This document shows positions 47,572-59,884 of a stretch of DNA of 64,000 nt, one piece after another. The notes under the pieces are model-generated. The model made no database searches, was not told the DNA's origin, and saw only the letters and a list, made by a program, of their open reading frames with translations. Every line of letters starts with the position of its first letter. Positions within the stretch are counted from its first letter, which is position 1. The DNA lies in the NCBI GenBank assembly GCA_030390025.1, contig CM059433.1, positions 8,000,001 to 8,064,000 on the forward strand, given 5' to 3'. The translations under genes were made by a program, and so were the position numbers. The DNA is from Squalus acanthias (taxonomy: Eukaryota).

Positions 47572-48333
47572 GGGCCAGAAATTCGGCTCTCCGGCTTCCT
47601 GCGGGTGCAAGCATCGCGAGCGTACTTACCTACCGTGCCTGCCGTTGTGCTTCGGGCCCGCGTGGAATTCGGCTCCTGGGCCTCCTGCAGCTGCCGGCGC
47701 GCAGTGCTTGCGTATCCCAGGGGCGCAGTTAGTTCGAAGCGTCCCCTGGGATCACGTGGGCCACGGAGAGCCAATCGGAGCAGGGAATCTTCATTCATAG
47801 ATTTGACAGGAGACCTGTCAAATCTATGAATAGAGATCGGCCCCAAAACCTCACTAAAACTTCAAATAAATTTTTAAAAAACATCACATTTTTAAAATAA
47901 CTATAAATTACATAAATTAACTACTTTAAACAAAAATTTAAATTTTTGAAAAAATTAATTACACTTTTTAACGGTGCTAAAAATAAACTTACCTTTCTTT
48001 AAAGTATGTAAAAAAGATAAACCTGTTGAAAAAATGTTTAAATTGTACTTAATTCACCACTTACCTTGTTAAAAGCAGGCCTTGTGCCTCCTTTTACCCC
48101 GCGCAGCTTCTCCATACTTACCCTCATGGAGAAACCTGAAAAAAAAATGAAATTCGAGGTCTACGCGCTGCCTCTCCGGCGCACGCGTTCGACCTCCGAA
48201 CCCCTTCCTTCAGGGGAACGGAAGTTCCGGTTTCCAGCGCATGCGCAGTGCGTGCGCGAAACCGACACTTTCGTTGGGTCTACGGGTGAGTACCCAGCGC
48301 GTACTCACCCGTGGAGACCCGAATTTCTGGCCC
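47572..48333. mobile_element. MITE (Harbinger-type termini) with AT-rich core
   Basis: Perfect 15-bp TIR GGGCCAGAAATTCGG (20/21 when extended); TSD ambiguous. Confidence 0.75.
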
Positions 48334-49604
48334 CATGATCTTGTCATGTGCATGTGATGCCATCAAAACAAAAAAAAACCCAAACATGACCTACAGCTCT
48401 TCTGACTCTCCTCCACCCTCGAAACAGCAACGTTGTCCTTTCAAGGAAACCTCAAATTGTCCAAATTTGACTCACTGTGGCTTTTCAACTCAGTTCAGTG
48501 CTCCTGCCTCTTGTGTTACTGGACCATTTAAATAAGTATCAGATGTATTTATTTTGCCGCAGTATACCTCTTCTCTGAAGGTGCGTCCTGTTTTATCATT
48601 CTATCGATCAACGTCTGATGCACTATTGTGTCTGCGTAGTCACATGTTTAGACTCTGAAAGGATTTCTTCAGCAAAAAGTTCTTTTTTTACCCCTCCCCA
48701 TCCAGTTTCTAGTCTGCCATGCATTTCTTGGCTAGATATGAATATGAATATTCTTCTGGAAAGCCTGGTTTTTATGATTGCCTTGTACAGGCTGTTACGT
48801 CAAACTGTTTAACTCGTTTCAAATCATTACTGAGGTTTAAAGCAGCTTGTGGTAGCCACAGAAAGTTCCTGCGTCTTGTTCTGCAGTGCTGCACCACTTA
48901 AACCAGACTCTTCGCCAGTCATTTCCACTTTTTATAGGTTATTTATTTTTTTTGGTTATGCAGTCTGCAAGCCTGCTTACACCCGCCACTTCACTTTACT
49001 TTAGTTCTTAGTAACACACAGCACTGTTCTCAATCTTAATCAACCATCTTGAAGTAAAATGGGGTTACATTCCCCAACCCTTTATATTTCTTTCTTTACC
49101 TTCTCCTACTGCATTCTCGCTGAAGTCTGGGAGCGAGCTGCCAGGGTACTGAGCCCAACAGCATGAGGGAACTCAATTAACAACTGGTATGATGGGATTA
49201 CTGATGCAACTCCGAGTTCATTGTATCGACTGATATTAATTCCTATCCTTCTTACTGCTGTGCTCTGCTATCTCCTTCCCCGCAGTCCTCCCAATAATGC
49301 CATTAGCACCTGCTGAAAACATTCTATTTAAAAAACGGAATCCAAATAGACAGAAAATACATTTAAAATTGTTTCGCCATTAAAAAAAAGTCTACTTGTG
49401 CGAAGAACTCCAGTTCAAGGATATTTTATTCCGGGTCCAGGAATAGAGATACACCAGCTGGCCTGATGGCTTTTAACGGGATAAATGCCCCCATCCAGAC
49501 AGACGAAGAAAGACCGAGCTCTAAATAACTGTTTGCGTTATCTTTTCTCAGCCAGGAGTCGGAGGCACTAAGCTCGGTCTCGGTGTCCCCAGGTCAGGGA
49601 GAGG

Positions 49605-50460
49605 AAAAATCAGAGAAGGTTTTATTCTCAGTATGTTACAGAAACATATAAAGAGTAAAAGGGTAGTCAAAGAAAGGGTGGGGTTGATTAGGGACCAAAA
49701 ACAACATCTTCTGGTGGAGGCAGAGGGCATGGTTGAGGTACTAAATGTGTAAGGAGGAGAAATTGGATAGGATAAAAATAGATAAAGAGGAACTACTTAA
49801 AAGGTTGGCAGTACTCAAAGTAGAAAAGTCTCTCGGTCTGGATGGGATGCATCCTAGGTTGCTGAAGGAAGGAAGGGTGGAAATAGCAGAGGCTCTGGCC
49901 ACAATCTTCCAATTCTCCTTAGATGTGGGAGTGGTGGCCGAGGACTAGGGTTGTAAATGTCACACCTCTTGTTCAAAAGAGGGGAGAGGGATAAACCCGG
50001 AGGCTACAGACCAGTTAGCCTAACATCTGTGGTGGGGGAACTTCTAGCGACCATAATCTGGGACAACATTGATTTTCACTTGGAGAAACAAGGGTTAATT
50101 AGTGTTAGCCAATGTGAATTTGTTAAAGGTAAGTCGTGTCTGACAAACTTTATTGAGTTCTTCGATAGAATAATGGAGAGGGACGATGACGGTAGTGTTG
50201 TTGATGCATATGGACTTTCAAAAGGATTTAGGAGGACATAAACACACTGGTGAAATGGGAAGACACATGGCAGATGAAATTTAATTCAGAGAAGTGTGAA
50301 GTGTTAAATTTTGAGAGGAAGAATGAGGAGAGACAAAATAAACTAAATGGTACAATTTTAAAGGGGGTGCAGGAACAGAGAGACCTGGGGAGTTCACACA
50401 CACAAGTGTTTGAAGGTGGCAGGACAGGTTGATAAAGCCGTTAAAAAGCATATGGGATCC
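49605..50460 (+). mobile_element. Decayed CR1 ORF2 internal fragments
   Basis: KSLGLDGMHPRLLKE, YRPVSLTSVVG, GKSCLTNFIEFFD and WQMKFNSEKC peptides. Confidence 0.85.
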
Positions 50461-50462
50461 TT

Positions 50463-51286
50463 GGGGGGAAAATTTGGTACCTTAGCACCTCCCGTTAACG
50501 CCAGCAGGTGGCGCTAACGGGGCACAAGAGCATTATCGCCTGGGCAATGCGAATCCAACGCTGCACGCCAAATCCTGCCCTCCCGCAGCGCCGCCGCTAT
50601 CAGTTATCACCAGGAGCCTCAACGCCTGGTGGATCGTGACGTCAGTGAGTGTGCAACGCTCACTGACCGCCCAATCTGCAAAATTGATTGTCGCCACCTA
50701 CCTTAGCGCCTAGAGGAAACAGTGACAGGGCGAGCTGGCAGTGAAGCACCAGGAAGCCGGCTCCAGGGACGTTATTTAAAGGGATCATCAGTAAGGAGTC
50801 GCAGTTGTAGGTTAGTGGAGTTTCAGTGCTTTCTTGTCAGTTTCACATCGTGCAACAGTGTAATTCTGTGATTTCAAGGTTATTTAGTATCAGGAGTGTT
50901 GTGGCAACTAAAAAGTAGCTACATTTATTCTTTAAAAAAATCAAACAGTCACACTTAGTTACATTAATGGGGGCTGTACTGGCAGTTGACCTCGCCCTCC
51001 AGGATCTACGGCGGAGGGAGTGAGGCAGCGAGAAAGACTGGAACATGTGGCCAGAGGGAGGAGGCTGGCCATTGAGACTCTCAACAGGAGACCTTACCCT
51101 CCAAGGGTATTCCGAGAGCACTTCTACCTCCAATTAAGCGAGGAGCAGTGTATTAGAAGGCTCGGCTTCACCAAGGAGGTGGTTACAGAACACTGCCACC
51201 TCCTGCAACCTGACCTCCAGCCTCAGATCAGGGCGACCACGACTCTCACAGTGGCAGTCAAGGTCACCGTCATCCCTCAATTTCTT
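50463..51286 (+). mobile_element. Harbinger element left end with decayed transposase N-terminus (about 50967-51285)
   Basis: Starts GGGGGGAAAATTTGG; RRPYPPRVFREHF.YLQLSEEQCIRRLGFTKEVVTEHCHLLQPDLQP...VAVKVTV is a HARBI1-like N-terminal pattern. Confidence 0.75.
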
Positions 51287-51497
51287 TGGTCAACAGTCTC
51301 AGAATAAGGGGTCGGCCATTAAGGACTGAGATGAGGAGAAATTTCTTCACTCAGAGGGTGGTGAATCTTTGGAATTCTCTGCCCCAGAGGGCTGTGGAAG
51401 CTCAGTCGTTGAGTATATGTAGGACAGAGATCGATAGATTTTTGAATATTATGGGAATCAAGGATATGGGGTTAGTGCAGGAAAGTGGAGATGAGGT
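51287..51497 (+). mobile_element. CR1 LINE 3' fragment
   Basis: SLRIRGRPLRTEMRRNFFTQRVVNLWNSLP. Confidence 0.85.
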
Positions 51498-51499
51498 AG

Positions 51500-51768
51500 C
51501 TTTTGCCGACACTCCCGATCCCCGGGGTCGCGCTGCGCAAGGCCCCTCCCCTTTAAGAAGGGGAGGAAGGCCTGCAATACCGCGGCGCCGCGATATTCCC
51601 TCACAGCACCCCAAGAGGGAGGCGGGGCGCTTCCAGTAGCGCCCCACTTCCCTCTTGGGGCGCTACCACTTAATTTCAGTCGCGGGGGCACTAATTTTTC
51701 CAGGGCACTAAAAGTAGCGCCCCGGTGAAGTTAGCGCCCCAAAGGGGGGTGCGACTCAATTTTTTGCC
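51500..51768 (-). mobile_element. MITE terminal fragment, inverted relative of 4617-4880
   Basis: Reverse complement aligns with 4620-4880. Confidence 0.7.
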
Positions 51769-52102
51769 TTAAGACTTGAATTAGGACTCCAATCATTTTT
51801 TTGAGCATTGAGCATGAATTACGCGTGCAGTCTAAAGCATTAGCGCCTGGCGCTAATTCTCCAACTTTTCTAATGACACCGCCCATAATGAACTTCTAGC
51901 CCTATGATTCTATGGGGCCAGTGATCGATGCTAGATAATGTGCGTTAGGTGAGGACAGGATTGGGCCTGGGTGTTTGGTGGTTCACTGTCTAGGCTCACA
52001 CACGAAGAATGACAACTTGGCTCACGTACAGGAGAGAGTCTGTCACCTATTGAACTGTACTCCAACATGGTTCAGCGCCTTCAGGAGTGGGGAGAGAAGC
52101 AA

Positions 52103-52628
52103 AGAACTTGCATGTATATCCATTCACTTAAGTACTTTTGAAGTGTACTCACTGTAGTAACGTCGGGAAATGTCACAGCCAAATTCCACACAGGAAGGTT
52201 CCACAAACAGGAATGAGATAATAATCGGGTAATCTGTTTTTATGACGTTGGTTGATGGATAAATATTCACCAGGACACTGGGGAGAACTCCCCTGCTCTT
52301 CTTCGAGTTGTGCCATGGGATCCTTTTCGTCCACCTGAGAGGGCATAGAAACATAGAAACATAGAAGATAGGAGCAGGAGTAGGCCATTCGGCCCCTCGA
52401 GCCTGCTCCGCCATTCGATGAGATCATGGCTGATCATCCAAACTCAGTACCCTGTACCTGCCTTCTCCCCATATCCCTTGATACCTTTAGCTTTAAGAAA
52501 TATATCTAACTCCTTCTTGAATATATTTAATGACTTGGCCTCAACTACCTTCTGTGGTAGAGAATTCCACAGGTTCACCACTCTCTGGGTGAAGAAATCC
52601 ACCCAGACGGGGCCTCGGTTTAACGTCG
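52103..52628 (-). mobile_element. DeuSINE interrupted by a CR1 3' end (52345-52597)
   Basis: SINE breaks at CCACCTGAGAGGG and resumes at CAGACGGGGCCTCGGTTTAACG. Confidence 0.8.
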
Positions 52629-53798
52629 GCATGGGAGGACTTGTTGCCAGGGGGTGCATGTGCTCTTCTGCCTAGCGTGACGTTACTTCCAGATTCATGG
52701 GGCCGAGTCGGGTGATGACAAGCCTGTGAACAGACGACAATCCAACCCCCTTTTTCTCTTCAGCGACCTGGAAAACCTCTTTGCTCTCCCAGGCCCGCAG
52801 TCTAAATGATTAGAAAAGAGGGAAGAACGCACAACCTCCTCGTGGGGGGTGGCAGCCTGGAGGCCGCCTCCACTACACATCCATTGTGGTCTTCCTGCGA
52901 TCCCTGTCATAGCAGGGTCACCCCCCACCTCACCCCACACTGCCCTCCCCTCACCACCCGTCTCTAGTCACCTCACAATTAACAAAAGAAGGGGTCTGCA
53001 GTCAGGTGCCATTCTGTGGGACTGTCCTACTCTCCCTACTGACTCAGCATGATGCAATGAAGCTGAGGGGCTAACTAACGATGAGAAAGTATGAAAACAA
53101 ATAAGCATGTTTCTATATGGTATTGAGATGGAGGATCAGCCACGATCGCATTGAATGGCGGAGCAGGCTCGAAGGGCCGAATGGCCGACTCCTGCTCCTA
53201 TTTTTCTATGTTTTCTATGAAATGTTCGGTGCAAACCTGTCTTTCATTCTCACCTTTTAAGGGAAAAATTGCATTTGTGGGATCTGTGCGACTGTGAGAT
53301 TAGCTTTGGCAATTTCTTTTTAATACGGTCCTGTTTTACTTCCTTTTTATTTAAAAAATAAATGTTGCCAGGAGATTTCTTGTTACCGTAGCAATATCAG
53401 GTCATTAGAACACAGGCACTGAGCTTCCAGAATCAAATAGTATCTTGTCATAACAATGTCCAGAGGCAGCAGCTTTGCAATTACAGCCTGCGATCTGTAA
53501 CTGTTCATTCCTTAGGGCGGGGGGAGAGGGGGGGGGGAGGGGTGGGGGGTGGTGTGGGGGGGGGGAGGTGTTGCCGTGTTATAATATTGATCTGGTCACA
53601 ATGAAGCAGTGCTATTCGTAAAGCACCCTGGAGCCTCGCGCAGCCCACCTCTCCTTCATCTGTGACACTTGGCAGACCTGCTGCTGCAGGCTCTCCACTC
53701 ACAGCCGACCCAGCAGCGACATGTTGGCCTGGCTGGGATCGAGTATTGTTTCCTTTCCTTCCTCTTTAGTTTAAAGAAAGCAAGAAGGGAATACCATT

Positions 53799-54335
53799 AC
53801 AACAACAACAACTTGTATTTATATAGCGCCTTTAACGTAGTAAAACGTCCCAAGGCACTGACACAGGAGTATTATAAGACAAAAAAATTTGACACCGATC
53901 CACATAAGGATAAATTAGGGCAGGTGACCAAAAGCTTGGTCAAAGAGGTAGGTTTTAAGGAACGTCTTAAAGGAGGAGAGAGAGGTAGCGAGGCGGAGAG
54001 GTTTAGGCAGGGAATTCCAACGCTTAGGGCCGAGGTAACAGAAGGCACGGCCACCAATGGTTGAGCGATTATAATCAGGGATGCTCAAGAGGGCAGAATT
54101 AGAGGAGCGCAGATATCTCGGGGGGTTGTGGGTCTGAAGGAGATTACAGAGATAGGGAGGGGCGAGGCCATGGAGGGATTTGAAAACAAGGATGAGAATT
54201 TTGAAATCGAGGCGCTGCTTAACCGGGAGCCAATCTAGGTCAGCGAGCACAGGGGGTGATGGGCGAACGGGACTTGGTGCGAGTTAGGACATGGGCAGCC
54301 GAGTTTTGGATGACCTCAAGTTTATGTAGGGTGGA
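53799..54335 (-). mobile_element. L2 LINE 3' fragment
   Basis: LDWLPVKQRLDFKILILVFKSLHGLAPPYL...GGRAF...FKTFLKTYLF; (TTG)n tail. Confidence 0.9.
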
Positions 54336-54837
54336 ATGTGGAATTAGGAGGCAAAGATTGTCGCAGCTGCCGTACAGCAAGTGAAAGGGCTCCATCAAAA
54401 TAGGTTTGTTTCGTAGAGTTATTGGCCTGACAGTGTTTTTTCCCTTCTTCCAGTGGGTGGGGAAGTGCCAGGCCTCTGGTTGGCAACGGCCCACTGTGGA
54501 ATGACTGAACAGAACAGCTGACTGGGGGCTCTCCCTGGCTGGACTCTGGGGCGCGAGAAGCGGAGAAAAACCTTACAGGATTCGGGAAGATTCTTTCGAG
54601 AGTGCAAGTTGTCTCTGCAGCATGTCGGCAGGCATTTCAAAAGCATCTGTCGGAGGAACTAACTGGATCTATGTACGTGGCTGCAGGCATACATTCAGCT
54701 CACATCCCATTAGACGCAGCAAGGCAGCAGCTGTAATTCACAGAAGGGCCTGTTAATTCAAAGGGCCATGCACACACACAGCGGGGAGGGAAGACAGATC
54801 ATGTCTTGCGCATACCTACACTGTGATGTGAAAAGAG

Positions 54838-55275
54838 AGAAAGACTTGCATTTGTATAGCGCCTTTCACAACATCTCAAAGCGCTTTACAGCCAATGAAG
54901 TACTTTTGGAGAGTAGTCACTGTTGTAATGTGGGAAACGCGGCAGCCAATCTGCGCACAGCAAGCTCCCACAAACAGCAATGACCGGATAATCTGTTTTT
55001 AGTGATGTTGGTTGAGGGATAAATATTGACCCAGGACACCGGGGATAACTCCCCCTGCTCTTCTTCGAAATAGTGGCCATGGGATCTTTTACGTCCACCT
55101 GAGAGAGCAGAGGGGGCCTCGGTTTAACGTCTCATCCGAAAGATGGCACCTCCGACAGTGCGGCACTCCCTCAGCACTGCACTGGAGTGTCAGCCTAGCT
55201 TTATGTGCTCAATTCCCTGGAGTGGGGACTGTGAACCCACAACTGAGTGTGCTACCCACTGAGCCACAGCTGACC
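54838..55275 (-). mobile_element. DeuSINE, near full length
   Basis: Matches the reverse complement of 31251-31710. Confidence 0.85.
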
Positions 55276-55844
55276 CCTGTTGTGAGTAGTGAGTAGTGTG
55301 CAGTTGTGAGTAGAAAATTGTTGAGGTCCAGGTCTACTGCAGTACATTATGGGTCAAGTCATTCAATTCAGCAGCATCAAGTTGCTGAAATCAAATTGCT
55401 ACACGGCACAGTAAAACTCATATTGTGAAGGTGGCCTTGTTTGCTCCGGACAATGTCGGGAAACTTTTCAATAGTTACATGATACCAGTTATTTAAAAAA
55501 ACAAATCTGCAGGCCCAGGCTTTTCCTCTTCAGTGCCCCAGTGTAGGGGCTTTACTCGTTGGGAGCACTTGTCACAAATTCAGGCATGTGCCGTCCACAG
55601 TTTTCCGTCCATTAAAATGATTGGACGGAAAGTCATGGCCCGGTTGTGCCTCGATACGATAGGTGCTGCCCATGGGTGAGGCTCACCCACTGGGTGCTGA
55701 AGAGGAAAATCTGGGTCTGGTTTTTCTATACTCAGAAATCTAAGCTAAGGCCCAAAGTGCAAGACAACATCAAGGTTGACAAGAAAGAAAGGACTTGCAC
55801 TTTGCATTTAGGACAATTCCAAAGCACTTTATAGCCAATTAAGT

Positions 55845-56908
55845 ACTTGAATGTGGAGGCTGGTGGGGTGGAAGGTGAGGACAAGGGGAATCCTATTGTG
55901 GTTCTGGGAGAGGGGGGAAGGGGTGAGAGCAGAAGTGCGGGAACTTCAAACAAAATTAAAACATTCTGTATTCACCAGCCTGCACATTCAATGGATCAAC
56001 CGCCGCCATTTCCGCCACCTCCAGTGTGATCCCACCACCAAACACATCTTCCCCTCACCTCCCCTTTCAGCATTCCAGAGGGACCGCTCCCTCCGCGACA
56101 CCCTGGTCCACTCCTCTATCACGTCCAACACCTCTTCCCCTTCTCACGATACCTTCCCGTGCAAGCGCAGGAGATGCAACAGCTGCCCTTTTACCTCCTC
56201 CCTTCCCACTGTCCAGGGACCCAAACACTCCTTCCAGGTGAAACAGCGATTTACTTGTACTCTTTTCAATTTAATATACTGTATTCGCTGCTCACGATGC
56301 GGTCTCCTCTACATTGGGGAAACCAAATGCAGATTGGGTGACCGCTTTGCAGAACACCTCCGTTCAGTCCGCAAGCGTGACCCCGAGCTTCTGGTCACTT
56401 GCCATTTTAATTCTCCGTTCCACTTCCACTCTGACCTCTCCGTCTTCGGCCTCTTACACTGTTCCAATGAAGCTCAACGTAAGCTCGAGGAACAGCACCT
56501 CATCTTTCGATTAGACACTTTACAGCCTTCTGGACTCAACATCGAGTTCAACAATTTCAGACTATAACCTCTGCCCCCATTTTTTCATATGGCAGCTGTC
56601 GATGATTCTGCCATTCCCATTTACACTTCTACTAGACTCACCTTTTGTTTCTTCACTTGTTCCATTACCATCTCCTTTTGCCTTGCACCATCATCCCTTT
56701 TGTCTCTTAATCTCTCCTGCCTTCCAGCCTATCACAGACCTTCCCTTTTGTTCTTTCCTCCTCTCCCACCTTTCCCTGCCCCTGAACTTGTTTAAAAATC
56801 TGTTACTTCTCTAACTTTTTCCAGTTCTGACGAAGGATCATCGACCTGAAACGTTAACTCTGTTTCTCTCTCCACAGATGCTGCCTGACCTGCTGAGTAT
56901 TTCCAGAA
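55845..56908 (+). mobile_element. Penelope-like element (family A) 3' portion: Zn-linker and GIY-YIG endonuclease, then 3' terminal repeat; short probably inverted piece at about 55845-55945
   Basis: ORF 55851-56567 has PCKRRRCNSC...NLIYCIRCSRCGLLYIGET..RL..RFAEH...CHFN...RKLEEQHLIFRLDTLQPSGLN. Confidence 0.9.
56823..56859 (+). ncRNA. Minimal type I hammerhead ribozyme motif (PLE family A)
   Basis: AGUU-CUGACGA-AGGAUCAUCGACCU-GAAA-CGUU-AACU, about 255 nt downstream of the GIY-YIG stop on the sense strand. Confidence 0.65.
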
Positions 56909-57049
56909 TGTGCGCATGCCGCCTGCCATATTGGACACTTTGGTGTCCATTTTATGCCGGTAAAACGAGTGCAGCGTCATCGAAGTTCTAGGGCACTACG
57001 TTTGGCTGTACCGTGCAAAGCATAACAGCCTTCTGTACATTTAAAAAAA

Positions 57050-57803
57050 TGTTTTTAAATTTGTTTATGGGATGTGGGCGTCGCTGCCAAGGCCAGCATT
57101 TATTGGCCATCCCTAATTGCCCTCGAGAAGGTGGTGGTGAGCCGCCTTCTTGAACCGCTGCAGTCCGTGTGGTGATAGATAGTAGATTGGCGGTTAGGAT
57201 CAGATCAGCCATGATCTTATTGAATGGCGGAGCAGGCTCGAGGGGCCGATTGGCCTACTCCTGCTCCTATTTCTTATGTTCTTATGTTCTTATGAAGGTA
57301 TTCCCACAGTGCTGTTAGGGAGGGAGTTCCAGGATTTTGATCCAGCGACGATGAAGGATCAGCCGATATACATCTAAGTCAGGATGGTGTGTGACTTGGA
57401 GGGGAACTTGGAGGTGGTGGTGTTCCCATACGCCTGCTGCCCTTGTCCTTCTAGGTGGAAGAGGTCGTGGGTTTGGGAGGTGCTGCCGAAGAAGCCTTGG
57501 CGAGTTGCTGCAGTGCATCTTGTAGATGGTACACACTGCAGCCACGGTGCGCCAGTGGTGGAGGAAGTGAATGTTTACGGTGGTGGATGGGGTGCCGATC
57601 AAGCGGGCTGCTTTGTCCTGGATGGTGTCGAGCTTCTTGAATGTTGTTGGAGCTGCACTCATCCAGGCAAGTGGAGAGTATTCCACCACACTCCTTACTT
57701 GTGCCTTGTAGATGGTGGAAAGGCTTTGGGGAGTCAGAAGGTGAGACACTCACCGCAGAATACCTAGCCTCTGACCTGCTCTTGTTGTCACAGTATTTAT
57801 ATG
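57050..57803 (-). mobile_element. Non-LTR retrotransposon 3' fragment (family of 21352) with a CR1 tail inserted at about 57175-57293
   Basis: ORF 57315-57749 has IYKAQVRSVVEYSPLAW. Confidence 0.85.
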
Positions 57804-57899
57804 CCCAATATCCTGGTGAAGAACAGATTGTACAACCACTTAAATCAAGTTGCCAGTTATTGCCTTCAGATTCTGTATAAGTGAGTGGTTGGTTCTGCA

Positions 57900-58400
57900 G
57901 ATATCTCTTCTGCCACTAGTTGATGCTGGTTCTCTTCTGCTCTCTGATCCATGGCAATGGTCTTTTGCAGGACAAAGTTGTAAAGAGTGAAGCATACTAC
58001 AATAAACTTTATTTCAGCAACCCATGGTCTGCTGCAGCTGCATGAGCCTCATTGTATTTTGAGCAGGTCGAGTCCTTGAGTATGTCAAAGTGATTATGCG
58101 CCAGGACTGCAATGGATAGGCTTGGCTCCCTCGCAGCCCTCCCAGGAGAAAGTCATGAAATCTCAGGCCCAGGTGTCAGAATGCGTGTACTGCAGGTCGG
58201 CTATCTCCTGCTGGATGATCCGGTGAGATAAAACGTCAAGGAAGCTCTCATCTTCACAGTGACTGATCCAAGTCATTTCTGTCCTTCAAGGTCTGGCTAC
58301 AGGACGTTGCCCAGTTCTGTCATGGTCTCTCTGATAAATCATAACCCCCCACCATGTAGATTTCCTTGAACATGTGGCGGTAAGATGCCTTGGTCTATAT
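57900..58400 (-). pseudogene. Decayed, internally deleted Harbinger transposase
   Basis: Minus-strand pieces FIRETMTELGNVL*PDL...VTVKMRASLTFYLTGS, AYPLQSW, KYNEAHAA, GLLK and IVVCFTLYNFVLQK follow the order of HARBI1-type motifs. Confidence 0.65.
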
Positions 58401-58721
58401 ACACAGATAGCAGTAGGAGGGCTGCTTGCTATAAAAGCACCTAAATTGCATGTCTGAATTGATGCTTCTCTTTGTGCTCCAGAACATGTGGAGAGTGAGG
58501 AGATGTCCCGTGGATACCCAAAGGTGGAATTTAAGATCCAAGCAATTGTAATTCCCTTGAGGAACAGTCACAGATGGGACAGGGGTTTTCACCCTTAAGT
58601 TATGTATAGCTTCACTATTGAAAGGAAAAAATGAATTGCAAAGAGGCAACAAAATGGCTGTGTCAAAATACAGCCACTTGTTACTGAGCAGAGTTCTCTT
58701 TATAAAAGAGAGTCCACCATG

Positions 58722-59285
58722 GCTGACTTCCCAAAGCCTTTCCACCATCTACAAGGCACAAGTAAGGAGTGTGACGGAATACTCTCCAGTTGCCTGGATG
58801 AGCGCAGCTCCAACAACACTCATGAAGCTCGACACCATCCAGGACAAAGCAGCCCACTTGATTGGCACCCCATCCACCACCTTAAACATTCACTCCCTCC
58901 ACCACCGGCGTACCGTGGCTGCAGTGTGTACCATCTACAAGATGCACTGCAGCAACTCGCCAAGGCTCCTTCGGCAGCACCTCCCAAACCCACGACCTCT
59001 ACCACCTAGAAGGACAAGGGCAGCAGGCGCATGGGAACACCACCACCTCCGAATTCCCCTCCAAGTCACACACCATCCTGACTTGGAAGTATATCGCCGA
59101 TCCTTCATCGTTGCTGGGTCAAAATCCTGGAACTCCCTCCCTAACAGCACTGTGGGAGTACCTTCACCACACGGACTGCAGCGGTTCAAGAAGGCGGCTC
59201 ACCACCACCTTCTCAAGGACAACTAGGGATAGTCAATAAATGCTGGCCTTGCCAGCGATGTCCACATCCCATAAACGAATAATGA
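58722..59285 (+). mobile_element. Non-LTR retrotransposon 3' fragment (family of 21352)
   Basis: ORF 58618-59226. Confidence 0.85.
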
Positions 59286-59884
59286 AAAATCCATCCTGAT
59301 GCCAAATTATTCATAAAATTACCTGCCAGTTCAGGGTGGGAACAGTATGTGTTCATTTTTAACTGGTATACAGTGAGTAAAATGTTAATTTGTGATAAGC
59401 TATCCCTTCAGTAACTATGGTGTGACTCCTCTATACTTATGATGCACCCGCTATATATGTGATTCCTCCCCAAATGATCGAGTTAGCATTCCAACTGCTG
59501 TCAAAGGTTCCACCATGTCGTTCTGAATCAGGGTAGTTTTGTATAAATCCTGGATTTTGGTATTTACCGTAAATGCATTGTAACAAATACTTACGCAGGT
59601 TCAGTGGTGTCAGTCGCTCCCTTGTGCAGTCTGGTTGCCTCTTAAGTAGACTCCCAAGCCTAGAAATTGGTTTGCGTGGCCTGCCAGTGGGAACTGAGCA
59701 CGGGGAACGATCCCTGAACCGGAATGGATCGGCCCGAGGTGCATCTGATATTGTGTCTCGTTATCATTGAATCCGCGAGCTATGGACATCTAATGGGCGT
59801 CTCCTGGCAGCTCGCCGGAGAAGAGGCCATGAGGATTGGGCCACTGCTTTGCCGGCAGCAATTCTCAGGTAAGTCCTTAAAGGG

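Noticed and set aside
47305..47829. 174-aa ORF
   Set aside because: Runs from flanking DNA across the MITE boundary at 47572 into GC-rich sequence; a chance open frame.
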